Shown in pieces: positions 20,602-29,109 of a stretch of 64,000 nucleotides of DNA. Position numbers and translations under genes: made by a program. The notes under the pieces are model-generated. The model ran no database searches. It had not been told where the DNA came from and worked only from the letters and a program-made list of their open reading frames with translations. The DNA lies in contig CAYGGY010000003.1 of assembly GCA_964349405.1 (NCBI GenBank), forward strand, positions 63,908 to 127,907. The letters are read 5' to 3'. The DNA comes from an uncultured Ohtaekwangia sp. (GTDB lineage: Bacteria > Bacteroidota > Bacteroidia > Cytophagales > Cyclobacteriaceae). Numbering within the stretch: the first letter of the stretch is position 1; every line of letters starts with the position of its first letter.

Positions 20602-21777
20602 ATGTTGACCTCCAAAACTTATGGGATAATTGTCATGTTCTTTGGAATCATGATTTCATTTAATACGTTTTGCCAAACAACAAGAACGTCAACAACAGGA
20701 GGAAGTCTTTGGTTTGATGGCGGTACAGGTTGGAGTGCAGGAGTTCCAATATCAACAAGTGCGGTTACTTTCAATAACAGTGCCACAGCGACAATTCTTG
20801 ACACCCAGTCTGCAACCATTACTAGCTTCACCGCTGGAAATAACAGTATCTTAACGATCAATTCAGGAGGTACTTTAACAGTAAACGGTAATTTCACCAC
20901 TAATAATGGTACGACAATTAATGTGTATGGGAATTTGGTGATAAATGGCGATTTAGTTGTTAATAATAACCTAATATGGAATGTTACGGGTACCGTTACG
21001 ATCACAGGCAATGTAAATTTAGGGACTAATGGAAATTTGACTGTTTCCAATACAGGGACTATGAATATTTCTGGAAATGTTACCGCAACTAATAACACAA
21101 ATTTGGTTGTAGATGGAGCGGTAACTATAGGTGGTAATATTTCCGTGGGAAATGGCTCAACAATAAGCGGAACAGGAACTGTTGCGGTGAGTGGAACTTG
21201 CACCGATGGGGGTTCGACTTTTTGTGCAACAGGACCACAACCAATTTCGCTTCTATTTTTTAAAGGTTCTTTGGAACCAAATAAAATATCCCTTTCTTGG
21301 TCCACCGCCTCAGAACTAAACTTCGATTATTTCGATTTAGAAAAATCCTCTGATGGAAAAAATTTCAATAGTATTTCAACCATTAAAGGTAATGGCACTA
21401 CCAACGAGAACCATGATTACTCGTTTAATGATGAAAAACCCCTGATCGGCAAAAACTATTATCGCCTCAAGTCAGTTGACTTTGATGGTTACACGGAAAC
21501 CTTTAATGTGGTGATGGTAGATTTTGATGGCTCAAAGAGTTTTTCGGTTTGGCCTAATCCATCGGATGGTGTTTCATTTACTGCCGAAACAAACTTTACT
21601 CCCACTAGCCGTGCCTATGTGGCTGTCTATAATACGATGGGATCAGAAATTGCTCACTTTGAAGTTTCCGGCAATTCATCAACATTAAACATACCGGTAA
21701 AACTGGAGTCTGGAGTGTATTACGCAAAATATATTTCCAGCGATTTTACTTCGACAAGCCGAGTATTGGTTAAATAA
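20602..21777 (+). CDS. Secreted T9SS cargo protein: beta-solenoid-like repeats, Ig-like domain and type A C-terminal sorting domain
   Basis: Signal peptide; ~20-aa G-x-(V/L)-x-(I/V)-x-G-N repeats; PISLLFF...LSWSTASELNFDYF...YYRLKSVDFDG Ig-like module; CTD VWPNPS...SGVYY...VLVK. Confidence 0.85.
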   Translation: MLTSKTYGIIVMFFGIMISFNTFCQTTRTSTTGGSLWFDGGTGWSAGVPISTSAVTFNNSATATILDTQSATITSFTAGNNSILTINSGGTLTVNGNFTTNNGTTINVYGNLVINGDLVVNNNLIWNVTGTVTITGNVNLGTNGNLTVSNTGTMNISGNVTATNNTNLVVDGAVTIGGNISVGNGSTISGTGTVAVSGTCTDGGSTFCATGPQPISLLFFKGSLEPNKISLSWSTASELNFDYFDLEKSSDGKNFNSISTIKGNGTTNENHDYSFNDEKPLIGKNYYRLKSVDFDGYTETFNVVMVDFDGSKSFSVWPNPSDGVSFTAETNFTPTSRAYVAVYNTMGSEIAHFEVSGNSSTLNIPVKLESGVYYAKYISSDFTSTSRVLVK

Positions 21778-21780
21778 GTA

Positions 21781-21836
21781 AGCTTCGAGCCGTGAGCTTC
21801 GAGTAGCTCACAGCTAAAAGCTCGAGGTTCGAAGCT
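21781..21836. repeat. Heptamer-periodic imperfect inverted repeat between convergent genes (probable bidirectional terminator)
   Basis: AGCTTCG AGCCGTG AGCTTCG agt AGCTCAC AGCTAAA AGCTCGA GGTTCGA AGCT. The first 18 nt match the reverse complement of the last 18 nt at 15/18 positions. Confidence 0.75.
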
Positions 21837-21842
21837 AATGCA

Positions 21843-22337
21843 CTAGAACTCAATCAACACCTGCCCTCGCTCCACATTATCACCCTTCTTCACTTTCACT
21901 ATTTTAATTTCACCGTCACCAGGAGATTTTAAAATGTTTTCCATTTTCATGGCTTCCAGAATTAAAAGCGGATCACCTTGCATTACAAAGTCACCTGCCT
22001 TTATTTTTAAATCAATAATCAAACCGGGCATGGGGGCTTTGATGGAGTTCACCTTGTGTGTTGCGGTCTGATTCATCCCCATCTTTTCGAGTAACAAATC
22101 AAACTTGTCTTTCAATTCAACAGAATAATTTTTACCGTTGATTTTGAACGTAACGATTTTGGAAGCGATGTCGGTATTAATGATCTCAGCGCGATAGCCT
22201 TTATTTTGATAAAGTACGTGAAAATATCCGTCACTCACTTTATGAATGTCCCATTCAAAGGGTGATCCGTTCACTGTAATGGATTGGTCATTTTGTTCAA
22301 TCTCGAAGGTCTTGTTGTTAACGATGGCTTTGTACAT
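21843..22337 (-). CDS. Biotin carboxyl carrier subunit of an acyl-CoA carboxylase
   Basis: IKAPMPG...LEAMKMEN biotinylation motif. Confidence 0.92.
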   Translation of the reverse strand: MYKAIVNNKTFEIEQNDQSITVNGSPFEWDIHKVSDGYFHVLYQNKGYRAEIINTDIASKIVTFKINGKNYSVELKDKFDLLLEKMGMNQTATHKVNSIKAPMPGLIIDLKIKAGDFVMQGDPLLILEAMKMENILKSPGDGEIKIVKVKKGDNVERGQVLIEF

Positions 22338-22416
22338 GCAGTAAAAATAAAAATTTGAAGTTGATTCCTGATTCTTAACGATTTATATCTTTCACATATT
22401 CTCAAATTCAAATCAC

Positions 22417-22449
22417 ATTGGAAATCAATCATTATTCCATGTACATTTG
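22417..22449 (+). promoter_or_regulatory. Bacteroidota sigma70-type promoter upstream of the TPP riboswitch
   Basis: ATTG (22417-22420), 21-nt spacer, then TACATTTG (22442-22449), matching the TTTG-N19-21-TAnnTTTG consensus. Confidence 0.7.
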
Positions 22450-22471
22450 CAACGCCTTGAGCAATCAAGGC

Positions 22472-22546
22472 AAGGGGTGCCTAAAAAACAATGGCTGAGA
22501 TTATACCCATAGAACCTGATGCCGGTAATGCGGTCGAAGGGAGGCA
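22472..22546 (+). ncRNA. TPP (thiamine pyrophosphate) riboswitch aptamer
   Basis: GGGGTGCC...GGCTGAGA-TTATACCC-ATAGAACCTGAT-GCCG-GTAATG-CGGT-CGAAGGGA matches the TPP aptamer core (P2/P3, UGAGA, ACCUGAU, P5 with UAAUG loop, CGNAGGGA); it lies in the leader of a TonB-dependent receptor. Confidence 0.95.
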
Positions 22547-22608
22547 AAGTAAACACGTAAGTAAGGTACATTCCCCGATGTGCCTGCGGGTTTAAACAAA
22601 AACAAACA

Positions 22609-25059
22609 ATGTTAAAAATTTGTATGGCAACAGCCATGATGGTCTGTTCGCTCGCTGCGCAAGCGCAGTATGTCATTCGCGGTTATGTGAAAGACAGTAA
22701 GTCAAACGAGTTGTTGGCCGGTGCCACTATCTCGTTGAAAGAAATTAACCGGTATGCAATCACCAATGAACGTGGTGAATTTGAATTGGAAAAAATCGCA
22801 GCGGGTAATTATCAGGCCGAAGTTCGCTTTCTGGGTTATAAAACCCGGGAGATGCAAATGAGCATTCCAGCCGAAGAGCCGGTGAGTATTTTATTGGAAG
22901 AAGATGTAGTTATGACGGATCAGGTGATTGTTTCTGCCACACGGGTTAATGACAAAACACCAACCACCTTTAGTACGATCAATAAGTTGACGCTTCAAAA
23001 ACAAAATTTTGGTCAGGACTTACCCCTCACACTTAACTGGACACCGTCATTGGTTACTACTTCCGATGCAGGAGCCGGTGTAGGCTACACGGGCATACGA
23101 ATCCGTGGAAGCGATGCCACTCGCATAAATGTTACCATCAATGGTATTCCGGTTAACGATAGTGAAAGTCAGGGTGTGTATTGGGTGAATACTCCCGATC
23201 TGGCAACCTCCACACAAAGCATTCAGGTGCAACGTGGTGTGGGCACATCTACCAATGGAGCAGGTGCCTTTGGCGCTAGTGTCAATCTGCAAACCAATAC
23301 AAGAAATGATCAGGCTTATGCCGATGTTATTAATTCGGTTGGTTCATTTAACACACGCAGGCACACAGTAGCTTTTGGCACTGGCCTTATCAATAATAAG
23401 TTTGCCTTTGATGGACGCTTATCACAGATCGCTTCAGACGGATTCATCGATCGTGCCAGTTCAGATTTGAGATCGTATTATTTGTCGGGTGGATATTATG
23501 GCAAGAAGACCATGATCAAAGCCATTGTGTTTGGAGGTAAGGAAATTACCTATCAAAGCTGGTATGGTGTGCCCCAATCGCGATTAAATAATGATGAAAA
23601 TGCTATGTTGGAAACAGCTGCTACGGAAGGATGGAACGAGGAACAAACGGATAATTTACTTACCTCAGGCCGTACATTTAATTTTTATAAGTACAAAAAT
23701 CAGGTTGATAACTATGCGCAAGATCACTACCAATTGCATGTCTCTCACCTGTTTTCAGAAGCACTCACCGCTAATGGAGCATTGCATTACACTTATGGCC
23801 GCGGCTTTTATGAAGAGTTTAGAAATGGTGATTCCTTCAGTGCCTACGGACTCAGTGACGTATCCATTGGAAGTGAAACGGTATCATCGACTGATTTAAT
23901 TAGAAGAAGATGGCTTGATAATAATTTTTATGGTGTCACCTACTCGCTTAATTACGAAAAAGGTAAACTTAATTCCATTTTAGGTGGTGCCTGGAATCAA
24001 TATGTTGGTGATCATTTTGGTGAAATTTTATGGGCTCAGGTTTCTGCTGTACCTAAAAATTATCAGTATTATTTCAACCAGGGAAAGAAAAGCGATTTTA
24101 CTATTTACTGGAAAAATAATTATCAGTTAACTGAAAAATTAAATGGCTTTTTGGATGTGCAATACCGAGGGGTTGATTTTACAGCCATCGGAAAAGAAAA
24201 CAAACAGACCGATGTGAATGTAAACAACCACTACAATTTCTTTAATCCGAAATTGGGGATTACGTACGAAATGTCGCAAGAACAACAATGGTATACTTCC
24301 TACAGTATTGGCAATCGTGAGCCCGTGCGTGATGACATTGTGGATGCCCTGGCAGGCAAAACCCCCAGGCATGAAACATTGCGAAATGTGGAAGCTGGCT
24401 GGCGATTTCGTAAGCAGAACATCACGTTCACGGCAAATTATTACCTCATGGATTATAAAAACCAGCTGGTGCCAACTGGGAAGGTTAACGATGTAGGAGC
24501 CATGATAAGAACTAACGTAGATGAGAGTTATCGCACTGGAATTGAATTAGATGGTTCAGTAAGGTTAAGTTCTAAACTGTTATGGAATGCAAACCTCACA
24601 CTAAGTCAAAATAAAATCAAAAATTTTAACGAAGTGCTTTATGACTATGGTGCAAATTTTGATCAATACAATGAAGTGATTAAAAGTTATGTCAATACCG
24701 ATATTGCCTTATCGCCCAATGTAATTGCAGGATCTACCTTCATGTATTCCCCCGTGAGTGGATTTGAATTGGGTCTTCTTACTAAATATGTTGGCAAGCA
24801 ATATCTTGATAATACCAGTAATGAAAGCCGGAAAATCGATGCCTATCTGACTAATGATGTGAGACTGTCCTACATCTGGAAACCCTCCTTCATGAGAGAA
24901 ATTTCGTTAAGCCTGCTCGCCAATAATATTTTCAATTCCCTGTATTCTTCCAATGGCTACACGTATGGTTTCCTGGGGGGTTCTACGGAGTACAGACAAA
25001 ATTACTATTATCCACAAGCGGGTAGAAACTACATGATGATGCTGGCGTTGAGGTTTTGA
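22609..25059 (+). CDS. TonB-dependent receptor, probably for thiamine or a thiamine precursor
   Basis: Signal peptide, CarboxypepD_reg-like N-domain, plug (IRIRG...INGIPVND, VQRGVGTS), beta-barrel with terminal QAGRNYMMMLALRF. Substrate inferred from the TPP riboswitch. Confidence 0.9.
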   Translation: MLKICMATAMMVCSLAAQAQYVIRGYVKDSKSNELLAGATISLKEINRYAITNERGEFELEKIAAGNYQAEVRFLGYKTREMQMSIPAEEPVSILLEEDVVMTDQVIVSATRVNDKTPTTFSTINKLTLQKQNFGQDLPLTLNWTPSLVTTSDAGAGVGYTGIRIRGSDATRINVTINGIPVNDSESQGVYWVNTPDLATSTQSIQVQRGVGTSTNGAGAFGASVNLQTNTRNDQAYADVINSVGSFNTRRHTVAFGTGLINNKFAFDGRLSQIASDGFIDRASSDLRSYYLSGGYYGKKTMIKAIVFGGKEITYQSWYGVPQSRLNNDENAMLETAATEGWNEEQTDNLLTSGRTFNFYKYKNQVDNYAQDHYQLHVSHLFSEALTANGALHYTYGRGFYEEFRNGDSFSAYGLSDVSIGSETVSSTDLIRRRWLDNNFYGVTYSLNYEKGKLNSILGGAWNQYVGDHFGEILWAQVSAVPKNYQYYFNQGKKSDFTIYWKNNYQLTEKLNGFLDVQYRGVDFTAIGKENKQTDVNVNNHYNFFNPKLGITYEMSQEQQWYTSYSIGNREPVRDDIVDALAGKTPRHETLRNVEAGWRFRKQNITFTANYYLMDYKNQLVPTGKVNDVGAMIRTNVDESYRTGIELDGSVRLSSKLLWNANLTLSQNKIKNFNEVLYDYGANFDQYNEVIKSYVNTDIALSPNVIAGSTFMYSPVSGFELGLLTKYVGKQYLDNTSNESRKIDAYLTNDVRLSYIWKPSFMREISLSLLANNIFNSLYSSNGYTYGFLGGSTEYRQNYYYPQAGRNYMMMLALRF

Positions 25060-25060
25060 T

Positions 25061-25164
25061 GTTGGATGCTTGATGCTGGATTCTAGAGCCTGGATTCTTA
25101 ATTTATTACACACAAAACAAAAATACAGTATCTGGAATCCAGTATCTAGTATCCAGAATCCAAT
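25061..25164. repeat. Inverted array of 7-nt units (6 x ~NCTGGAT, spacer, 6 x ~ATCCAGN)
   Basis: Left arm gttggat gcttgat gctggat tctagag cctggat tcttaat; right arm atacagt atctgga atccagt atctagt atccaga atccaat. Confidence 0.8.
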
Positions 25165-25172
25165 TACCTTTG
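25165..25172 (+). promoter_or_regulatory. -7 promoter element (TAnnTTTG) for the UbiA gene
   Basis: TACCTTTG 7 nt upstream of the ATG at 25180; no clear -33 element. Confidence 0.45.
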
Positions 25173-25179
25173 TCCTTCT

Positions 25180-26037
25180 ATGTCTCAGGAAAGCCATCCA
25201 AAATTTACATTTAATGCTGTCCTCCGCCTGACACGGTTTTGGAATCTGCTGATTATTGGCATGGCGCAATATTTTACTGCCATTTTTCTAATTGACTTTC
25301 AATATATTTTTGATTGGAGGTTAATGATTCTGGCATTGTCCACAGCAATTATTGCTGGCGCAGGTTATATCATTAATGACTACTATGATATTAAAATAGA
25401 TTTGATTAACAAGCCCGATCGGGTGGTAATCGGTAAGCACATTGCCCGTAGGTATGCGTTGTTGTTTCACAGCATTCTTTCCTTTGCTGGTGTAGGCCTT
25501 GCCTTTTTGTTGGGATGGCGATTAGGATTAATTCACATCTTTTCTTCCTTTATTTTGTGGTGGTATTCCAATAATCTCAAACGGCAGCCTTTTGTAGGAA
25601 ATTTTGTCGTGGCCTTGCTAACAGGTTTATCGATTATGCTCATAAACGTATTATATGATCTCAGTAATTCATATGTGATCATCTACTCACTCTTTGCCTT
25701 TTTTATGACACTGGTTCGTGAAATCATCAAAGACATGGAGGATCTTAAGGGCGATAATACGTTTGGGTGTAAAACGCTTCCGATCATATGGGGGATTCGC
25801 AAAACAAAAATAGTAGTGTATCTATTGTTAGCCGTGTTTTCATTGTTGGTAATTTTGCTTAACGCGATATATACGCTAATGCCTTTTTATTATTTTCTTT
25901 TTTTTCTGTTTATTCCTTTGGGTTTGTTCTTGTTTATACTTCTGCAAGCAGACACAAAACGAGATTTTTACTCACTCAGCCAATGGTGTAAAGTGATCAT
26001 GATATTAGGTGTTGTAAGTATGGTCTTTGTACAATGA
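25180..26037 (+). CDS. UbiA-family prenyltransferase (geranylgeranylglycerol-phosphate geranylgeranyltransferase-like)
   Basis: Aspartate-rich motifs NDYYDIKIDLINKPDR and REIIKDMEDLKGD...TLP; multiple TM helices. Confidence 0.85.
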   Translation: MSQESHPKFTFNAVLRLTRFWNLLIIGMAQYFTAIFLIDFQYIFDWRLMILALSTAIIAGAGYIINDYYDIKIDLINKPDRVVIGKHIARRYALLFHSILSFAGVGLAFLLGWRLGLIHIFSSFILWWYSNNLKRQPFVGNFVVALLTGLSIMLINVLYDLSNSYVIIYSLFAFFMTLVREIIKDMEDLKGDNTFGCKTLPIIWGIRKTKIVVYLLLAVFSLLVILLNAIYTLMPFYYFLFFLFIPLGLFLFILLQADTKRDFYSLSQWCKVIMILGVVSMVFVQ

Positions 26038-26050
26038 TATTATTAGTGTA

Positions 26051-26626
26051 ATGTTAAAACCGGCACGATTAGCAATTTTTATTTCAGGGAGTGGCTCTAA
26101 TGCAGAGGCGATCTTTACTTATTTCCAAATTCATCCTTCTATAAAAGTCGAATTAGTGCTCAGCAACAATTCGGATGCCTATGGATTGGAACGGGCAAAG
26201 AAGTTTTCTATTCCATCAAAGGTTTTTACACGCGAGCAATTCCGCCAAAGCGAAGAGGTTTTGCAATGGCTGAAGGCCGCTGAAATAACTCACCTGGTTT
26301 TGGCTGGATTTCTTTGGTTGATACCTTCGAATTTGATCAGGGCTTTTCCTCATCGCATAATCAACATACATCCGGCTTTGTTGCCAAAATTTGGGGGCAA
26401 AGGCATGTATGGAATGAAGGTGCATGAGGCTGTGAAAGCTTCTGAGGATGCGCAAACGGGAATCACCATTCATGAAGTAGATGAAAATTATGACGAGGGA
26501 AGAATATTATTTCAAGCCCTTTGTGAAATAGATATTTCAGATACGCCAAAGGAAATTGCTGAAAAAGTTCAGCGCCTTGAGCATCTCCATTACCCACGCG
26601 TGATTGAAGCGTGGGTTACTCAATAG
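26051..26626 (+). CDS. purN: Phosphoribosylglycinamide formyltransferase
   Basis: FISGSGSNA, VLAGFL, INIHPALLP, TGITIH, YDEG. ATG at 26051 is preferred over 26027. Confidence 0.95.
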   Translation: MLKPARLAIFISGSGSNAEAIFTYFQIHPSIKVELVLSNNSDAYGLERAKKFSIPSKVFTREQFRQSEEVLQWLKAAEITHLVLAGFLWLIPSNLIRAFPHRIINIHPALLPKFGGKGMYGMKVHEAVKASEDAQTGITIHEVDENYDEGRILFQALCEIDISDTPKEIAEKVQRLEHLHYPRVIEAWVTQ

Positions 26627-27076
26627 CTACTTTTTCTTACGTGTGATTTGTTGAAAGTCAGAAGATTTAGGGGAATCATCAAATACGCCCTGAATATAAA
26701 TGTCGGGCACGGCTAACTTTCTCGCCAAGATATCCATCCACGCTCCGTCCAGATTGATAATAGCGGCTATGGTTCCATCTTCTCTATAGAAATGATGGCG
26801 TACACTCCATCTCGAAAAATCAGGCGTTGCTTTGGTTACCGATAAATCAACCGTTACACGATCTTCAAATTTAATTTCACGTTTGAAAACAGCTTCTTCC
26901 CGAAACAAAATCGGCCCGATGCGTAGCTCTTCAAATTTAAGATTAGTAAGCCCATGTTGTGAAAAGCAAGCGACACGCACGGTAGCGCCATAATCATAAT
27001 AGGCAGAATGGCGAAGGTGACGATTTTGATCAATGTCTGACCAGCGAACTTGAATGGGGAGTGAAAAATTATCCAA
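26627..27076 (-). CDS. Acyl-CoA thioesterase (4HBT/hotdog fold)
   Basis: VRWSDIDQNRHLRHSAY motif; 149 aa. Confidence 0.85.
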   Translation of the reverse strand: MDNFSLPIQVRWSDIDQNRHLRHSAYYDYGATVRVACFSQHGLTNLKFEELRIGPILFREEAVFKREIKFEDRVTVDLSVTKATPDFSRWSVRHHFYREDGTIAAIINLDGAWMDILARKLAVPDIYIQGVFDDSPKSSDFQQITRKKK

Positions 27077-27093
27077 ACGATAGGTGGTTAGAA

Positions 27094-27804
27094 TTAAATT
27101 CCAATTTTCTCACGCTTCGACCAGATCTCATCAATCAGGTCGCCTTTGCTGCTCTTGCCGCTGTGGCGCCAGTCGCCTTCAATCAATGAGAAATCAAATT
27201 CAAGGGTTGCACCAACACGGCTATTATCTCTTGAAAAGAATTCAATACGCTCGGTGTACTTTCCATTTACCGTAGTATATGTACCACCACCGGTTCCAAA
27301 AAATTCTTTTGTTTCATTGTTGTAAGCAATCCACTGAAAGCGTGTACCCGAAAGAATCTTCATGGTTTTGCGTGCACCGGGCGTTATCTTTTGAATACCT
27401 TCGTTTGTCATGCGACCTGTTATTAACCAGGCTCCTGCAAGTTCACCGGGTTGGCCTGTATCTATGCGAGTGAATTCCTGTATCGTGTTTCCTGCTTTAA
27501 AAGTTAGTTTGTTTTGTTGCGTCTTTAGATCTGCACGTTGTTCAATACCAATCAATTCAGGTTTCATCGTATTGAATTCCTGAATCTCAATAAATTGATT
27601 TTTTTCAATACGCCATTGACCACCGTATGTACCTGTATAAGTTTTTTCTTTGGAGTTGTATACAGCCACAGAAAAAAACTTTCCAGCAACAATCATGGTG
27701 GAACGATTTTCTTCCGATCCGCTTTGCCAGGCACCGGTAATGTCAGTTTGTGCGAGTGACGAAAAACTACTCGCAACTAGTAAAAGTAAATTGAGACTTT
27801 TCAT
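27094..27804 (-). CDS. Secreted protein with two tandem similar beta-rich domains
   Basis: Signal peptide; internal similarity ITGAW...GTYGGQW...EFN versus LAGAW...GTGGGTY...EFF. Confidence 0.7.
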   Translation of the reverse strand: MKSLNLLLLVASSFSSLAQTDITGAWQSGSEENRSTMIVAGKFFSVAVYNSKEKTYTGTYGGQWRIEKNQFIEIQEFNTMKPELIGIEQRADLKTQQNKLTFKAGNTIQEFTRIDTGQPGELAGAWLITGRMTNEGIQKITPGARKTMKILSGTRFQWIAYNNETKEFFGTGGGTYTTVNGKYTERIEFFSRDNSRVGATLEFDFSLIEGDWRHSGKSSKGDLIDEIWSKREKIGI

Positions 27805-27828
27805 AGGATAGGTGTTTGGATTGTTAAT

Positions 27829-29022
27829 TCACGGTGTATTCACTTCATGAAACCCTTCTCCCAAATTATCGGTCCAACTCATTGGATAATTTTGATCTAG
27901 ATACTGCAATGAGTCTTCCGTAAGGAACAACGGACGAAAGGTATCAATCATCACGGCCAGTTCATGTGTTTCCTTGGCACCAATACTTTTTTCTACCGTG
28001 CCGGGATGGGGGCCGTGTGGCAATCCTCCAGGGTGTAGGGTAAACGATCCCCGATCAATTCCTCTTCGGCTCATAAAATTTCCTTCCGCATAATACAGCA
28101 CCTCATCGCTATCGATGTTGCTGTGATTGTATGGTGCAGGTATCGCTTGTGGGTGGTAATCAAATAAACGTGGCACGAATGAGCAGATTACGAAATTGTG
28201 TGCCTGAAAAGTTTGATGCACCGGTGGTGGCTGATGAATGCGCCCGGTAATGGGTTCAAAGTCATGAATGGAAAACGCATACGGCCATAAAAATCCATCC
28301 CAACCGATTATGTCTAGTGGACTGTAATCATAGACGTACTGGTGCAGGTATCCTTGTTTCTTTATCTTCATCAGAAACTCACCTTTGCCTGGGTCAGTGA
28401 TCAATTCTTGCGGAGGACGAATGTCGCGTTCGCAATACGGAGAATGTTCACCCAGTTGGCCGAGTTGATTTCTATATCGGTTTACCGTTTCTACCGGAGA
28501 GGCCGATTCAATAATTAATAACCGAAGCGGTCCATCATCAAACTCAAGTTTGTAAATGATCGTGCGCGGAATCACAATATAATCTCCTTGTCGTATTTCT
28601 AATTTTCCAAACTGAGAGATTAAAACACCACCACCATCATGAAGATACAGCACTTCATCGCCTTCGGCATTTTTATAGAAGTAATCCATTTTACGTTGCG
28701 TTGGCGAACAAATGGAAATGGAACAATCACTATTGGCAAGAAGTACTTTGCGGGCAGTCAGGTAATCGTTTCCGGTTGTTGTTACATTAGATGTATTCAG
28801 GTGGGTTTGGCGCAACGCATAATCCTGAATAAGTTGGGGCCCATATTTCACAGGCTCTTTAATTGCTTTGATGCGCGTGGGTGGATTGATATGATAGAGA
28901 TTGGAATAAATTCCTGAAAACCCTTCAGAGCTCACCAGTTCTTCCTTATATAAACTGCCATCCGGTTGTCTGAATTGTGTGTGGCGCTTATGCGGAATAT
29001 TTCCAAGGCGGTGGTAATACAT
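27829..29022 (-). CDS. hmgA: Homogentisate 1,2-dioxygenase
   Basis: NAEGDE, PPPVHQTF, PYNHSNIDSDEVLYY and PHGPHPG iron-ligand motifs. Confidence 0.93.
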   Translation of the reverse strand: MYYHRLGNIPHKRHTQFRQPDGSLYKEELVSSEGFSGIYSNLYHINPPTRIKAIKEPVKYGPQLIQDYALRQTHLNTSNVTTTGNDYLTARKVLLANSDCSISICSPTQRKMDYFYKNAEGDEVLYLHDGGGVLISQFGKLEIRQGDYIVIPRTIIYKLEFDDGPLRLLIIESASPVETVNRYRNQLGQLGEHSPYCERDIRPPQELITDPGKGEFLMKIKKQGYLHQYVYDYSPLDIIGWDGFLWPYAFSIHDFEPITGRIHQPPPVHQTFQAHNFVICSFVPRLFDYHPQAIPAPYNHSNIDSDEVLYYAEGNFMSRRGIDRGSFTLHPGGLPHGPHPGTVEKSIGAKETHELAVMIDTFRPLFLTEDSLQYLDQNYPMSWTDNLGEGFHEVNTP

Positions 29023-29109
29023 AACGAACGGTTTTAGTGTAACAGCTTTGTGAAATTACAAAAAAGAACGTATCGGTTTATGATGACACAATTATAGGTG
29101 CTAGTTAAA

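Noticed and set aside
20619-21305. 228-aa antisense ORF opposite the T9SS cargo gene
   Set aside because: Its Val/Pro/Thr-rich low-complexity sequence mirrors the Thr/Asn/Gly codon bias of the real gene, which suppresses antisense stops; it has no motif.
24907-25269. 120-aa minus-strand ORF crossing the heptamer array
   Set aside because: It overlaps two well-supported plus-strand genes, and its GFWILDTGFQIL segment is simply the translated repeat.
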